Position numbers and translations under genes: made by a program. Shown piece after piece: positions 9,013 through 17,372 of a stretch of 32,000 nucleotides of DNA. The notes below the pieces were generated by a model that saw only the letters and a list, made by a program, of their open reading frames with translations, was not told where the DNA came from and did not search any database. This DNA is from Candidatus Saccharimonadota bacterium (GTDB lineage: Archaea > Nanobdellota > Nanobdellia > Pacearchaeales > GW2011-AR1). Where the stretch lies: positions 270,001 through 302,000 of the forward strand of contig JBAZYG010000001.1 of NCBI GenBank assembly GCA_041659445.1. The letters are read 5' to 3'. How positions within the stretch are numbered: the stretch's first letter is position 1; each line of letters begins with the position of its first letter.

Positions 9013-9039
9013 ACTTTAAAATTATCAATATTAAATTTG

Positions 9040-9171
9040 TTAATCTCTTCCTTCATCAGCACCATCTTCAAAACCATCTTCGTAGATTTTATTCAAAACA
9101 GTTTCAACTTCTTCATCTGTTTTTGAATTCTTGATGGCTTTTTTGAATTTTTCAAGATATTTGTCGGTCAT
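9040..9171 (-). CDS. small acidic protein (43 aa), hypothetical
   Basis: Below the ORF-track cut-off. The ATG at 9171 is preceded by GGAGGT with a 5-nt spacer. Sequence: MTDKYLEKFKKAIKNSKTDEEVETVLNKIYEDGFEDGADEGRD. It overlaps the methyltransferase stop by 20 nt, suggesting translational coupling. Confidence 0.35.
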   Translation of the reverse strand: MTDKYLEKFKKAIKNSKTDEEVETVLNKIYEDGFEDGADEGRD

Positions 9172-9811
9172 TTTTACCTCCTGTTTTATTTAATTGATCA
9201 ATCCATCTTTTATCTAATTCTATTCCAATCCATTTTCTATTATTTTCTTTACAAGCAATACACGTAGATCCTGTTCCACAAAAAGGATCTAAAATTAAGT
9301 CTCCTTCTTTTGAACTATGAAGTATCATTTTTGTGATTAAATCAATTGGTTTTTCATGAGGGTGATTTTCTTTATTATGATTAATATGACTGCAAGTTTG
9401 AACATCTGAAAAATCTTTTAAATTATATTTTGGATTTCCTTTTTCTAAAACCAAAATTAATTCATATTGGTGTCTAAATGCCCAACCCAACCCAAAATTA
9501 TGTTTTTTCCAAACAATTAAATGTCTAATTTTAAAATTAGTATATCTTAAGATAAATTCAGTTAAAAAAGGATAATGTTTCCAATTTGTGAATAAGTAAA
9601 GAGAAGAATTTTTCTTTAAAACTCTATAACATTCAACTAACGCAGAGCAATTAATTAATGGGTTCTCGTTATTTTTAATTATTTTATTATTCCAACCATA
9701 AGCAACATTATCCCCATAAGGAGGATCTGTAATAATTAAATTAATAGAATTATTTGGAAATTTTTTTAAAATTTCTATGCAATCTCCATGGATAATTTTA
9801 TTTTCTTCCAT
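9152..9811 (-). CDS. DNA methyltransferase, beta-class (N6-adenine or N4-cytosine), no cognate endonuclease nearby
   Basis: Motif IV IITDPPYG is near the N-terminus and motif I LDPFCGTGSTCIA is near the C-terminus. This circular permutation is typical of beta-class amino-methyltransferases. Confidence 0.9.
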   Translation of the reverse strand: MEENKIIHGDCIEILKKFPNNSINLIITDPPYGDNVAYGWNNKIIKNNENPLINCSALVECYRVLKKNSSLYLFTNWKHYPFLTEFILRYTNFKIRHLIVWKKHNFGLGWAFRHQYELILVLEKGNPKYNLKDFSDVQTCSHINHNKENHPHEKPIDLITKMILHSSKEGDLILDPFCGTGSTCIACKENNRKWIGIELDKRWIDQLNKTGGKNDRQIS

Positions 9812-9980
9812 CTTTTAAAAGGGTGTCCAATTTTTGTTCAATTTTGTCTAATTGAATATTTTCCTGGAGTTTTAATCTGCAATATTCTGAAACAGTTATC
9901 ATTTTCTTTTTTGCATTTAGTTTAAGCTTTTCGAGAAATTCTGTTGTTATTACAATATGCAGATGTGCATTCATTGCCAT
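9798..9980 (-). CDS. ribbon-helix-helix (CopG-like) DNA-binding protein, putative controller of the methyltransferase
   Basis: 60 aa. HLHIVITTEFLEKLKLNAKKKMITVSEYCRLKL fits a strand-helix-helix layout. The ORF overlaps the methyltransferase start by 14 nt. Confidence 0.45.
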   Translation of the reverse strand: MAMNAHLHIVITTEFLEKLKLNAKKKMITVSEYCRLKLQENIQLDKIEQKLDTLLKDGRK

Positions 9981-10191
9981 TTTTATTTATTCTTTTTTCT
10001 AAAATTAAAATCAATTCTTTTAATTTTGAAATTATTTCTTCTCCAAGATCTTCAGAAACTTTTTCTTTCATAAAAAAATTATACAATTAAAATTTATAAT
10101 TAATAAGAAAAAAGTTGGTTATTTTTCACACTATTTTATGGTTACTTATTTTTTTCTGATTTAATTTATAACCAAGACATCTAGAAAAATC

Positions 10192-10353
10192 ATGGATAAA
10201 AGATGCATAATCTGCAATACTTTGATTGAAGAAGATGAAGATTTTTGTAAAACTTGTGTTGCAGTTTTGAGAAAAAAATATCCAAATAAGAAAAAATTGG
10301 AGGAAATCCTAAAATGGCACAAAAGCCAAGCAGAATTAAACAAAGAAGACTGA
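10192..10353 (+). CDS. small zinc-ribbon protein (53 aa), first gene of the transfer operon
   Basis: Below the track cut-off. ATG at 10192. MDKRCIICNTLIEEDEDFCKTCVAVLRKKY... carries CxxC-x12-CxxC. The ORF ends inside the next gene, whose ATG (10314) has a GGAGG upstream. Confidence 0.4.
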   Translation: MDKRCIICNTLIEEDEDFCKTCVAVLRKKYPNKKKLEEILKWHKSQAELNKED

Positions 10354-10655
10354 GAATAATTCCATTGTTAATTGTTTTAGCTTTAATGGTTATGCAAATA
10401 GGAATGGTTATTGCTGCAGACGAAGCTGATTTTGAGCAAGTTTTGCATCCTTTGACAACAATTTACAACTTAGTGAAATATGCAGCAACAATTATTGCAG
10501 GATTAGTCTTGCTTTTTTCAGGAATTACTTACATCACTAGTGGTTCAGATCCAGGAAAGCGTGAGAAAGCTAAGAATATGGCTATGTATGTTATAATCGG
10601 TCTTATTGTGATTTGGGCAGCACCTTTTGTGGTGGATTTAATTTTAGGAAACTAA
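10314..10655 (+). CDS. VirB2/TrbC/CedA1-like pilin candidate
   Basis: 113 aa. A basic leader plus hydrophobic segment ends in VIAAD, a signal-peptidase-like site. Two hydrophobic helices follow, joined by a short charged loop (TSGSDPGKREKAKN). This is the architecture of T4SS pilins. Confidence 0.5.
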   Translation: MAQKPSRIKQRRLRIIPLLIVLALMVMQIGMVIAADEADFEQVLHPLTTIYNLVKYAATIIAGLVLLFSGITYITSGSDPGKREKAKNMAMYVIIGLIVIWAAPFVVDLILGN

Positions 10656-10656
10656 A

Positions 10657-11040
10657 ATGAAAGGAAAGATTTTGTTTAATTTTTTATTTGCAGTTGCTTT
10701 TATTTTACCATTAGCAACTGCTTTTAATTGTACTGCATTAAATGGAGAGGAGCATAATTCTTGTATTTATATTGAAAATACAGATTGGTCTCAATCAGAC
10801 AAAGATTTAGTTATTCAAAATATTCTTGATTCAGGAGGGGTTTCACTTAATGGAGATTTTGAATCCATTTTTGATAAAGAAATAAATGATTCTATTAAAT
10901 TAAATAATATTGAGGAATCTGAATTAAAAATTGATAAAGAGAATAAGATATTTTTAATGAATTTTTCTTTAATTTCTTTGTTTGGATATTCTCTTTTCTC
11001 TTTTCTTAAAGGGTTTTATCTTAGATTCAAAAGAAAATGA
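10657..11040 (+). CDS. secreted/C-terminally anchored protein of the transfer module, hypothetical
   Basis: 127 aa. It has an N-terminal signal peptide (FLFAVAFILPLATAFN), an acidic Cys-containing ectodomain and a C-terminal TM helix. It starts 2 nt after the pilin stop and overlaps the next gene by 4 nt. Confidence 0.5.
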   Translation: MKGKILFNFLFAVAFILPLATAFNCTALNGEEHNSCIYIENTDWSQSDKDLVIQNILDSGGVSLNGDFESIFDKEINDSIKLNNIEESELKIDKENKIFLMNFSLISLFGYSLFSFLKGFYLRFKRK

Positions 11041-11858
11041 CTACTTGTGGAATTACTAATTTAGGTTCATGCTTAGTTGAAAAATTTTTTGAATTTATTG
11101 TTAATATATTAAACATGCCTGTTTCTCCTCTATTAAAATTAATAAACAATTTCATGATTGAACCTGTGAACATTAATCTTTTTGCAAGTACTTGGTCAAT
11201 AATTATTTACATTTTATCTTTATTTTATGGGATTTTTCTTTTAATTGTTGGATTTAAATTTTTAATTTCAGGACATTCTCCTGAAAAAAGAGAAGATGCT
11301 AAGAAAAATCTAGCCAACATTATAATAATGATGGTTTTAGTTCAAGCAAGTTTTTTTCTTTATGCTTTATGTTTAGATGTTGTTGCTTCAATGACTTCTG
11401 TGATTTTTAATTTAATTCCATCAGATTTCTTTTTAATTGCAACAGGAGGAATGGGAAATATTGGTTTAGATTTGGCTTTATTATTTCCTTATATTTTTAC
11501 CTTGTTAGCAACATTAATTTTTTTAGCATTAAGATATATTTGTGTTGGAGTTGGAGTTATTTTCTTTGCAATTGGAATTTTTCTTTATTTTTCAGGTTAT
11601 TTTAAATCATTTGGAAAATTAATTTTAAATTATTTAGGAGTTTTAATTTCTCTGCCTTTTATTTATTCAATTATTTTATTAGCATCATCTAAATTTTTAG
11701 AAATTAACACCTTTTCAGATGTTAAAATATTAGTTATGATTGGAGGATTTGGTCTTATTAATTTATTGACTATGTTTTTACTTTTATTTGTAATAGTTAA
11801 GGCTGCAAATTCAAAACCAGTAAATCAAATTGTAACGCTTGTAAAAGCAGTAGCATAA
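11037..11858 (+). CDS. polytopic membrane protein, VirB6/TrbL/CedA-like candidate
   Basis: 273 aa with about 6 TM helices. The position between the pilin and the VirB4 ATPase is typical for VirB6-type channel subunits. The first helical hairpin repeats the pilin loop motif (ISGHSPEKREDAKKN). Confidence 0.45.
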   Translation: MTTCGITNLGSCLVEKFFEFIVNILNMPVSPLLKLINNFMIEPVNINLFASTWSIIIYILSLFYGIFLLIVGFKFLISGHSPEKREDAKKNLANIIIMMVLVQASFFLYALCLDVVASMTSVIFNLIPSDFFLIATGGMGNIGLDLALLFPYIFTLLATLIFLALRYICVGVGVIFFAIGIFLYFSGYFKSFGKLILNYLGVLISLPFIYSIILLASSKFLEINTFSDVKILVMIGGFGLINLLTMFLLLFVIVKAANSKPVNQIVTLVKAVA

Positions 11859-11859
11859 A

Positions 11860-14778
11860 ATGTATGAAATACCGCAACAATTAGAATATAAAGAAAAAAT
11901 AGTCTTTGGATTAACTTTTCCACAATTAGCTTATGCTTTTGTATTTTTTCCTTTTGTATTTTCATTTTTGTTTAAAATAAATGCTAATATTTACACAAGA
12001 ATATTTTTAGCATTAATTCCAACACTTTTAGCTGTAGGATTTATGTTTTTTGATTTAAGTCAACATCTTAAAAATTGGTATTTTTGGTTAAAAACTCGAA
12101 AACTTAAAGAAGATAAATTAAAGAAAGTGTTAGAAATTGGAGAAATTAAAGATAATTTAATTCATTATAATAAAAAGAAAATTGCTGTTTTAAGAGTAGA
12201 ATCTTTAAATTTTTCAATAAAATCTCAAGGTGAACAAGAAGCAATAATGTTTTCATTTCAAAAATTCTTAAATTCAATTGACTTTCCAATACAAATTCTA
12301 ATGACTACTGAAACTTTGGATTTAGATATTTATCTTAAAAGTTTAGAGAAGAAATCATTAAATGAAAGAAATAAAGAAATTTTTAATTCTTATAAAGAGC
12401 ATATGCAGGATTTAATCAAACAAAATAGTGCAATGAATAGAAATTTTTATTTAGTAATTCCAGAATCTACAGATTTAAATATTCAAGTTAAACTTTGTGA
12501 AGAAAGGCTTCATAGTCTTAATCTTAAAACTTTTAGATTAAATGATGCTCAATTAAAAAGTATTTTTATTAAGATATTTAATGAAAATTCTAAGAATTTT
12601 CTTCCAAAAGAAATTAATAATTTTCCTGATTTTTTAGAGGTTGATAAAAAATTTCATAAAATAATTTATGCTCATGGATATCCTAGATCTGTTGAAAAAG
12701 GATTCTTAGATAAATTAATTAGTTGCTCTGGAAATTTTGATTTTTCTCTGCATATTATTCCTCAACCAATTGAAAAAACAATGATTTTATTAAATAGAGA
12801 GTTAAAAAAACAAAGAGCAGATCTTTATGCATCTAAACTAAAAAATCAATTTAATCCAAGTCTTGAAATAAAATATAAAGATACTAAAAATATTCTTGAA
12901 GATTTACAAAAAGGAAATGAAAAGCTGTTTAATATGGGTTTTTACATTAATTGTAGAGCAGATAGTTTAGATGAACTTAGATTATTAGTTAGAAAGATTG
13001 AATCAGAATTAAATTCTCTTTTAATTATTCCAAAGCAACCTAATTTTCAAATGATTCAAGGATTTAAATCATGCTTGCCTTTAGCTAAAGATTTTTTAAA
13101 AGTAACTAGAAATATAACAACCTCTGCTTTGTCTGCATTTTTTCCTTTTACTTCTTCTTTTTTTAAATTTGATGAAACAGGCATTTGGTTAGGATTAAAT
13201 AAAAACAATATTCCAATAATTAGAGATATTTTTAAATTATCAAATTCAAATGGAATTTGCTTAGCAAGTTCTGGAGCTGGAAAATCGTATATGGCTAAAT
13301 TGTTCATTACAAGGCATTTGTTAAACAATACAAAAGTTATGATTATTGATCCTCAAAGTGAATATAAAAATATAGTTTCAAAGTTTAATGGTCAAAGAAT
13401 TAATTTATCAAGAACTTCTGAAACAATGATTAATCCTCTTGATTTAATGGGGCATGATTATTCTGAAAAAAGGCTTTCTTTAATGGATTTAATGCCTGTA
13501 ATGTTAGGGCAATTAACAGAACCTCAAAAATCTTTTATTGATCAAGCTTTAACAGAAGCTTATGAAAGAAAAGGAATCTATATGAATGATAGGGCAAGTT
13601 GGGCAAATGAGCCCCCAATTTTGGGAGATGTCTTAAAAATCCTAGAAAAGATAGAGAAAAAAGCAATTAGCCTAGAAAAAACCACAATAAGGAGTTTAAT
13701 AAATCGTTTAAGATTATATGTTGATGGAGTTTTTTCTTTTTTAAACAGACATACAAATATTGATTTTAAAAATAATTTTGTATGCTTTGATATTGGAAAT
13801 ATGCCTAAACAAGTTAAGCCTACAATTATGTTTCTTGTTTTAGATTATGTTTATATGAAAATGAAAAGAGATCTTGAGAGAAAATTGCTGGTTATTGACG
13901 AAGCATGGACTTTACTTTCAAGAGCGGAAGAAGCATCTTATATTTTTGAAATTGTTAAGACTTGTAGAAAATTTAATATGGGGTTATTTTTAATTAATCA
14001 AGAAGTTGAAGGAATGCTAAATTCAGAAGCAGGAAGATCTGCTTTAGCAAATTCTTCATATACCATTTTGTTAAGGCAAAAACCTGCTGTAATTGAAAGT
14101 GTTCAAAAAGTATTTCATTTAAGTAATGTTGAAAGAATTGCTCTTTTAACTGCAGGAGTTGGAGAAGGAATTCTTTTAATGGAAGATGAGCATTCTGAAT
14201 TAAAAATAATTGCTTCAAAAGAAGAGCATAAGCAAATTACTACAAATGCTGACGAATTACTTGAAGCAGAATATGAAGAAAATTCGAAAAGTCAAAAGGT
14301 AAATATTAATGTTGATGAATTTCAGAGAGTTCATAAATCTAAAGATTTAACAAAAGAAGATAAAAAGTATTTATTAAAAAAAGGATTTAAAGAAGAATCT
14401 TTCAAAAGTCTTTCTTTAAATAAAAATGAAAATTATTTTGTTAAACCTAGATTTAATGAAACTTCTAAACATTTATTTGTGGTTTATGATATTAAAAATT
14501 ATTTTGAGAAAAAAGGGATTTCAGTAGAACTTTATGCAACAAAAAAACCAGATATTGTTTTTAATATTAAAAATAAAAAATTTGCAATTGAAGTTGAAAC
14601 TGGATCAATGTTAAATCAAAAGAAATTTTTTAAAGAAAAATTAAATTTACTAAATAAGAATTATGATAAATGGTTTTTTGTTGTAACAGACAGAAATAAA
14701 ACTAAATCTTATAAAAAATATGGAGAGTCAGTAGATTTAAGATATTTGAAACAGAGACTTTCTAAAATCCGTCGATAA
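11860..14778 (+). CDS. VirB4/TrbE-family conjugation ATPase with N-terminal VirB3/PrgI-like membrane segment and C-terminal PD-(D/E)xK-like domain
   Basis: 972 aa.
- N-terminus: KEKIVFGLTFPQLAY plus two TM helices, which is PrgI/VirB3-like.
- Walker A: GICLASSGAGKSYMAKL.
- Other ATPase-core segments: VMIIDPQSEY and GLFLINQ.
- Walker B: LLVIDEAWTLL.
- C-terminal ~120 aa: KKPDIVFNIKNKKFAIEVETGS. Confidence 0.85.
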   Translation: MYEIPQQLEYKEKIVFGLTFPQLAYAFVFFPFVFSFLFKINANIYTRIFLALIPTLLAVGFMFFDLSQHLKNWYFWLKTRKLKEDKLKKVLEIGEIKDNLIHYNKKKIAVLRVESLNFSIKSQGEQEAIMFSFQKFLNSIDFPIQILMTTETLDLDIYLKSLEKKSLNERNKEIFNSYKEHMQDLIKQNSAMNRNFYLVIPESTDLNIQVKLCEERLHSLNLKTFRLNDAQLKSIFIKIFNENSKNFLPKEINNFPDFLEVDKKFHKIIYAHGYPRSVEKGFLDKLISCSGNFDFSLHIIPQPIEKTMILLNRELKKQRADLYASKLKNQFNPSLEIKYKDTKNILEDLQKGNEKLFNMGFYINCRADSLDELRLLVRKIESELNSLLIIPKQPNFQMIQGFKSCLPLAKDFLKVTRNITTSALSAFFPFTSSFFKFDETGIWLGLNKNNIPIIRDIFKLSNSNGICLASSGAGKSYMAKLFITRHLLNNTKVMIIDPQSEYKNIVSKFNGQRINLSRTSETMINPLDLMGHDYSEKRLSLMDLMPVMLGQLTEPQKSFIDQALTEAYERKGIYMNDRASWANEPPILGDVLKILEKIEKKAISLEKTTIRSLINRLRLYVDGVFSFLNRHTNIDFKNNFVCFDIGNMPKQVKPTIMFLVLDYVYMKMKRDLERKLLVIDEAWTLLSRAEEASYIFEIVKTCRKFNMGLFLINQEVEGMLNSEAGRSALANSSYTILLRQKPAVIESVQKVFHLSNVERIALLTAGVGEGILLMEDEHSELKIIASKEEHKQITTNADELLEAEYEENSKSQKVNINVDEFQRVHKSKDLTKEDKKYLLKKGFKEESFKSLSLNKNENYFVKPRFNETSKHLFVVYDIKNYFEKKGISVELYATKKPDIVFNIKNKKFAIEVETGSMLNQKKFFKEKLNLLNKNYDKWFFVVTDRNKTKSYKKYGESVDLRYLKQRLSKIRR

Positions 14779-14831
14779 ACTTTAAACAGTCAGTTGATAT
14801 AATAGATTATTCTTAAAAGTGGTTAATTTAT

Positions 14832-16283
14832 CTAAATAATCTTTTCTAATTTTTCAAATTCAGATAATAATTCTTTAACTTCTTTCTTTGCTTCTTCAAT
14901 AATAACTTTGCTCTGTCTGTGATCAACTTCTTTTTCCTTTTCTTTTTTATATCTGTTAATTGAAAGATCCCAGTCTTTTTCTTTAATTTCTTCAATTGGA
15001 ACAAAGAAATGTTTCTCAAATCTGCTTTTATTGTCTTCCTTATTTCTTTTTTCAAATCTTTCTAAAATATCTGGAATATCATTTTTATCTGGTTGTTCGG
15101 TTCTCTTATCATCTAAACTAAATCCGTCCGCTTCCATATTGTAAAACCAGACTTTTTCTGTTGGCTCTCCTTTTGTAAAGTAAAGAACTGCAGTTGATAC
15201 TCCTGCGTAGGGTTTGAATATTCCAGAAGGCATAGAAATAATAGCATCAAGACGGCACTTTTCTAATAAAATTTTTTTAATTGATTTGTGAGCATTTGAA
15301 TTACCAAATAAAACACCTTCTGGAACTATTACTGTACATCTTCCCCCAACTGAAAGAGAATTATACATAAGTTCTAAGAAAAGTAATTCTGTTTTACTTG
15401 TACTTATTGTAAGTTCATCTGATTTCTCACTTTCATTTATAGAGCCTTTGAAAGGAGGATTTGCTAAAACTAAATCGTAAACCCCATTTTCATTATATCT
15501 TTTTGATAGAGTATCTTCTCCAGTAATCTTAGGGTTTGTTATTCCATGCATCATCAAATTCATTACTGCAATTCTAACCATAGTTCTGTCAATATCATAC
15601 CCATAAAGAGACTCTTCATCAAGAATTTTCTTTTTTTCTGGAGTTAATGTGCTTACATTATTTTTTTGATTTGTTTTTAAAATATATTCGTAAGCATTTA
15701 CTAAGAACCCTGCTGTTCCACAAGCTGGATCTAAAATTCTATCTCCAAATTCTGGTCTTGCCAAATCAACCATCATCTTAATTATATGTCTTGGGGTTCG
15801 AAATTGTCCATTTTTTCCTGCAGTTTGAAGTTCAGAAAGAAGATATTCATAAATGTCTCCTTGAGTATCCTGGTTTTGTTCTTTAATATGTAAGTCATTA
15901 ATTATATTGACTGCTTCAATTAAAAGAGAGGCTGTTGGAAGAGAAAAACTTGCATCCTTCATATATCTGGCATAAGAGGAGTTTTCTTCACCCAAATTTC
16001 TCATAAAAGGAAAGACAACATCTCGAACATGAGCTAAAATTTTATCAGAGGAATATTCGCTCCAAACAGACCATTTACAATTTTCATGACCTTCAAAAAT
16101 AGATTTGTATTTAGTCCCCTTAAGGACTGCGTTTTGTTCTTCTAAAACATCCTTGTCCTCTAATTTTCTCATAAAAATTAAATAAGATATTTGTTCAATT
16201 GCTTGAAGAGGATTACTAATTCCTCCGCTCCAAAATTTATCCCATAACTTTCTTATTTTTGATTTAAATTCTGCATGTAACAT
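14832..16283 (-). CDS. hsdM: type I restriction-modification system methyltransferase subunit
   Basis: 483 aa. HsdM_N-like N-terminus (LWDKFWSGGISNPLQAIEQISYLIFMRKLED), motif I ILDPACGTAGFL and motif IV LANPPFKGS. Confidence 0.92.
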   Translation of the reverse strand: MLHAEFKSKIRKLWDKFWSGGISNPLQAIEQISYLIFMRKLEDKDVLEEQNAVLKGTKYKSIFEGHENCKWSVWSEYSSDKILAHVRDVVFPFMRNLGEENSSYARYMKDASFSLPTASLLIEAVNIINDLHIKEQNQDTQGDIYEYLLSELQTAGKNGQFRTPRHIIKMMVDLARPEFGDRILDPACGTAGFLVNAYEYILKTNQKNNVSTLTPEKKKILDEESLYGYDIDRTMVRIAVMNLMMHGITNPKITGEDTLSKRYNENGVYDLVLANPPFKGSINESEKSDELTISTSKTELLFLELMYNSLSVGGRCTVIVPEGVLFGNSNAHKSIKKILLEKCRLDAIISMPSGIFKPYAGVSTAVLYFTKGEPTEKVWFYNMEADGFSLDDKRTEQPDKNDIPDILERFEKRNKEDNKSRFEKHFFVPIEEIKEKDWDLSINRYKKEKEKEVDHRQSKVIIEEAKKEVKELLSEFEKLEKII

Positions 16284-16285
16284 AT

Positions 16286-17371
16286 TTATTGTTTTTCGTT
16301 ATCCAAGGGTTTATTTTTAATATTATTAGCTATTAAATCTACTTGTTTTTGAGAAAGATAATGAGATTTATAAAACAGCTTATGGCTATCGGTCATCAAA
16401 TTTAATTTATAATGATCTTCTGGGTGAATTAATCCAAAAATATGACCTATCTCATGAGCCAAATTTCTTCCTGTTAAATCCCTAAAAGTTAAATTAAGAT
16501 AAGATATTTTGTCATGCCTAAATATTGCGAAAGAGTGTCCACACAAACTACCTCTACCTGCGTTCTCACCACCACTAACAAAGATTATACTTTCATTAGG
16601 ACTATTATTTGTTATCCTATTTATTAAATCCATATACCCTTCTTCCCAGCATTCTGTTTCATTGTTTCCTTTGGAATATAAGATTGCTCTCTCTTTGTCA
16701 CTTAAATTAATATTCACATAATAAGTTTTATTGATTAAAACAGAGATATTATATTTGTTCCAAATTTTATCTGCTTCAAAGACATATTTATCTAAATCCT
16801 GCTTATTTATTTCATTATTTATAACATAAAAATTAAATTTTGTATCAAGATGATCTAAATTTATTCCCTTAGGTTCAGAAGGTAATGAGATATAAATGAC
16901 TAAACCAATCATAACTAGGGTTACTAAAACTAAAAATAATGAAATTGTATTAATATTTTCTTTTGGACTTTTTTGCAACATAAATAATATAAAAATAATT
17001 AGTGAACTAAATAAAACTCCTAATATTGTGATCAGGGGGTGTAATAATTTAAATGAATTTAACAATAATGAAATAAGTGAGAAGATTATTATAGAAAGGA
17101 AAAACAAATAACAGCTTACCAACAATTTTGGATCAAATTTTCTAAAGTTTATTTTTTTAAAAAATCCAATAAAATTCTTATTCCAATTATATCTTTTACC
17201 TGCCCAAACAAAAAAAGTATAAATCAAGACTAAAAACAATCCTAATAAAAAGATATATAACGCTGAACGCAAACCACTTTTAATTTCCAATCCATAATAT
17301 AAAACTATTCCCGCGATTATTCCTATAATCAAATTATCCCAATATTTTTCAAATATTTCTGTGAACTTCAT
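16286..17371 (-). CDS. membrane-anchored metzincin-type zinc metalloprotease (putative)
   Basis: 361 aa. There are about 5 N-terminal TM helices and then a soluble domain ending in LAHEIGHIFGLIHPEDHYKLNLM. That is HExxHxxGxxH plus a possible Met-turn. The gene is wedged between hsdS (1-nt gap) and hsdM (2-nt gap). Confidence 0.6.
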   Translation of the reverse strand: MKFTEIFEKYWDNLIIGIIAGIVLYYGLEIKSGLRSALYIFLLGLFLVLIYTFFVWAGKRYNWNKNFIGFFKKINFRKFDPKLLVSCYLFFLSIIIFSLISLLLNSFKLLHPLITILGVLFSSLIIFILFMLQKSPKENINTISLFLVLVTLVMIGLVIYISLPSEPKGINLDHLDTKFNFYVINNEINKQDLDKYVFEADKIWNKYNISVLINKTYYVNINLSDKERAILYSKGNNETECWEEGYMDLINRITNNSPNESIIFVSGGENAGRGSLCGHSFAIFRHDKISYLNLTFRDLTGRNLAHEIGHIFGLIHPEDHYKLNLMTDSHKLFYKSHYLSQKQVDLIANNIKNKPLDNEKQ

Positions 17372-17372
17372 T

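Noticed and set aside
9922-10071. 49-aa minus-strand ORF (MKEKVSEDLGEEIISKLKEL...)
   Set aside because: It overlaps the RHH ORF (9798-9980) by about 59 nt in another frame and has no ribosome-binding site or motif. The evidence is insufficient.
10161-10343. 60-aa minus-strand ORF
   Set aside because: The opposite strand encodes a CxxC-x12-CxxC zinc-ribbon ORF (10192-10353) and the start of the pilin gene, with a GGAGG site. The minus-strand product has no features.
13056-14218. Two minus-strand ORFs (13056-13328, 13994-14218) inside the VirB4-like gene
   Set aside because: They are antisense to the Walker A and Walker B regions of a well-supported ATPase. Their composition is biased and they have no start context.
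14846-15055. 69-aa Lys-rich ORF on the hsdM strand in another frame
   Set aside because: It is nested out of frame in the hsdM 3' end, and its poly-Lys composition reflects A-rich codons. It is not independent coding.
16509-17111. Two plus-strand ORFs (16509-16721, 16896-17111)
   Set aside because: They are antisense to the metzincin membrane protein gene, whose HExxHxxGxxH motif and TM pattern support the minus-strand frame.
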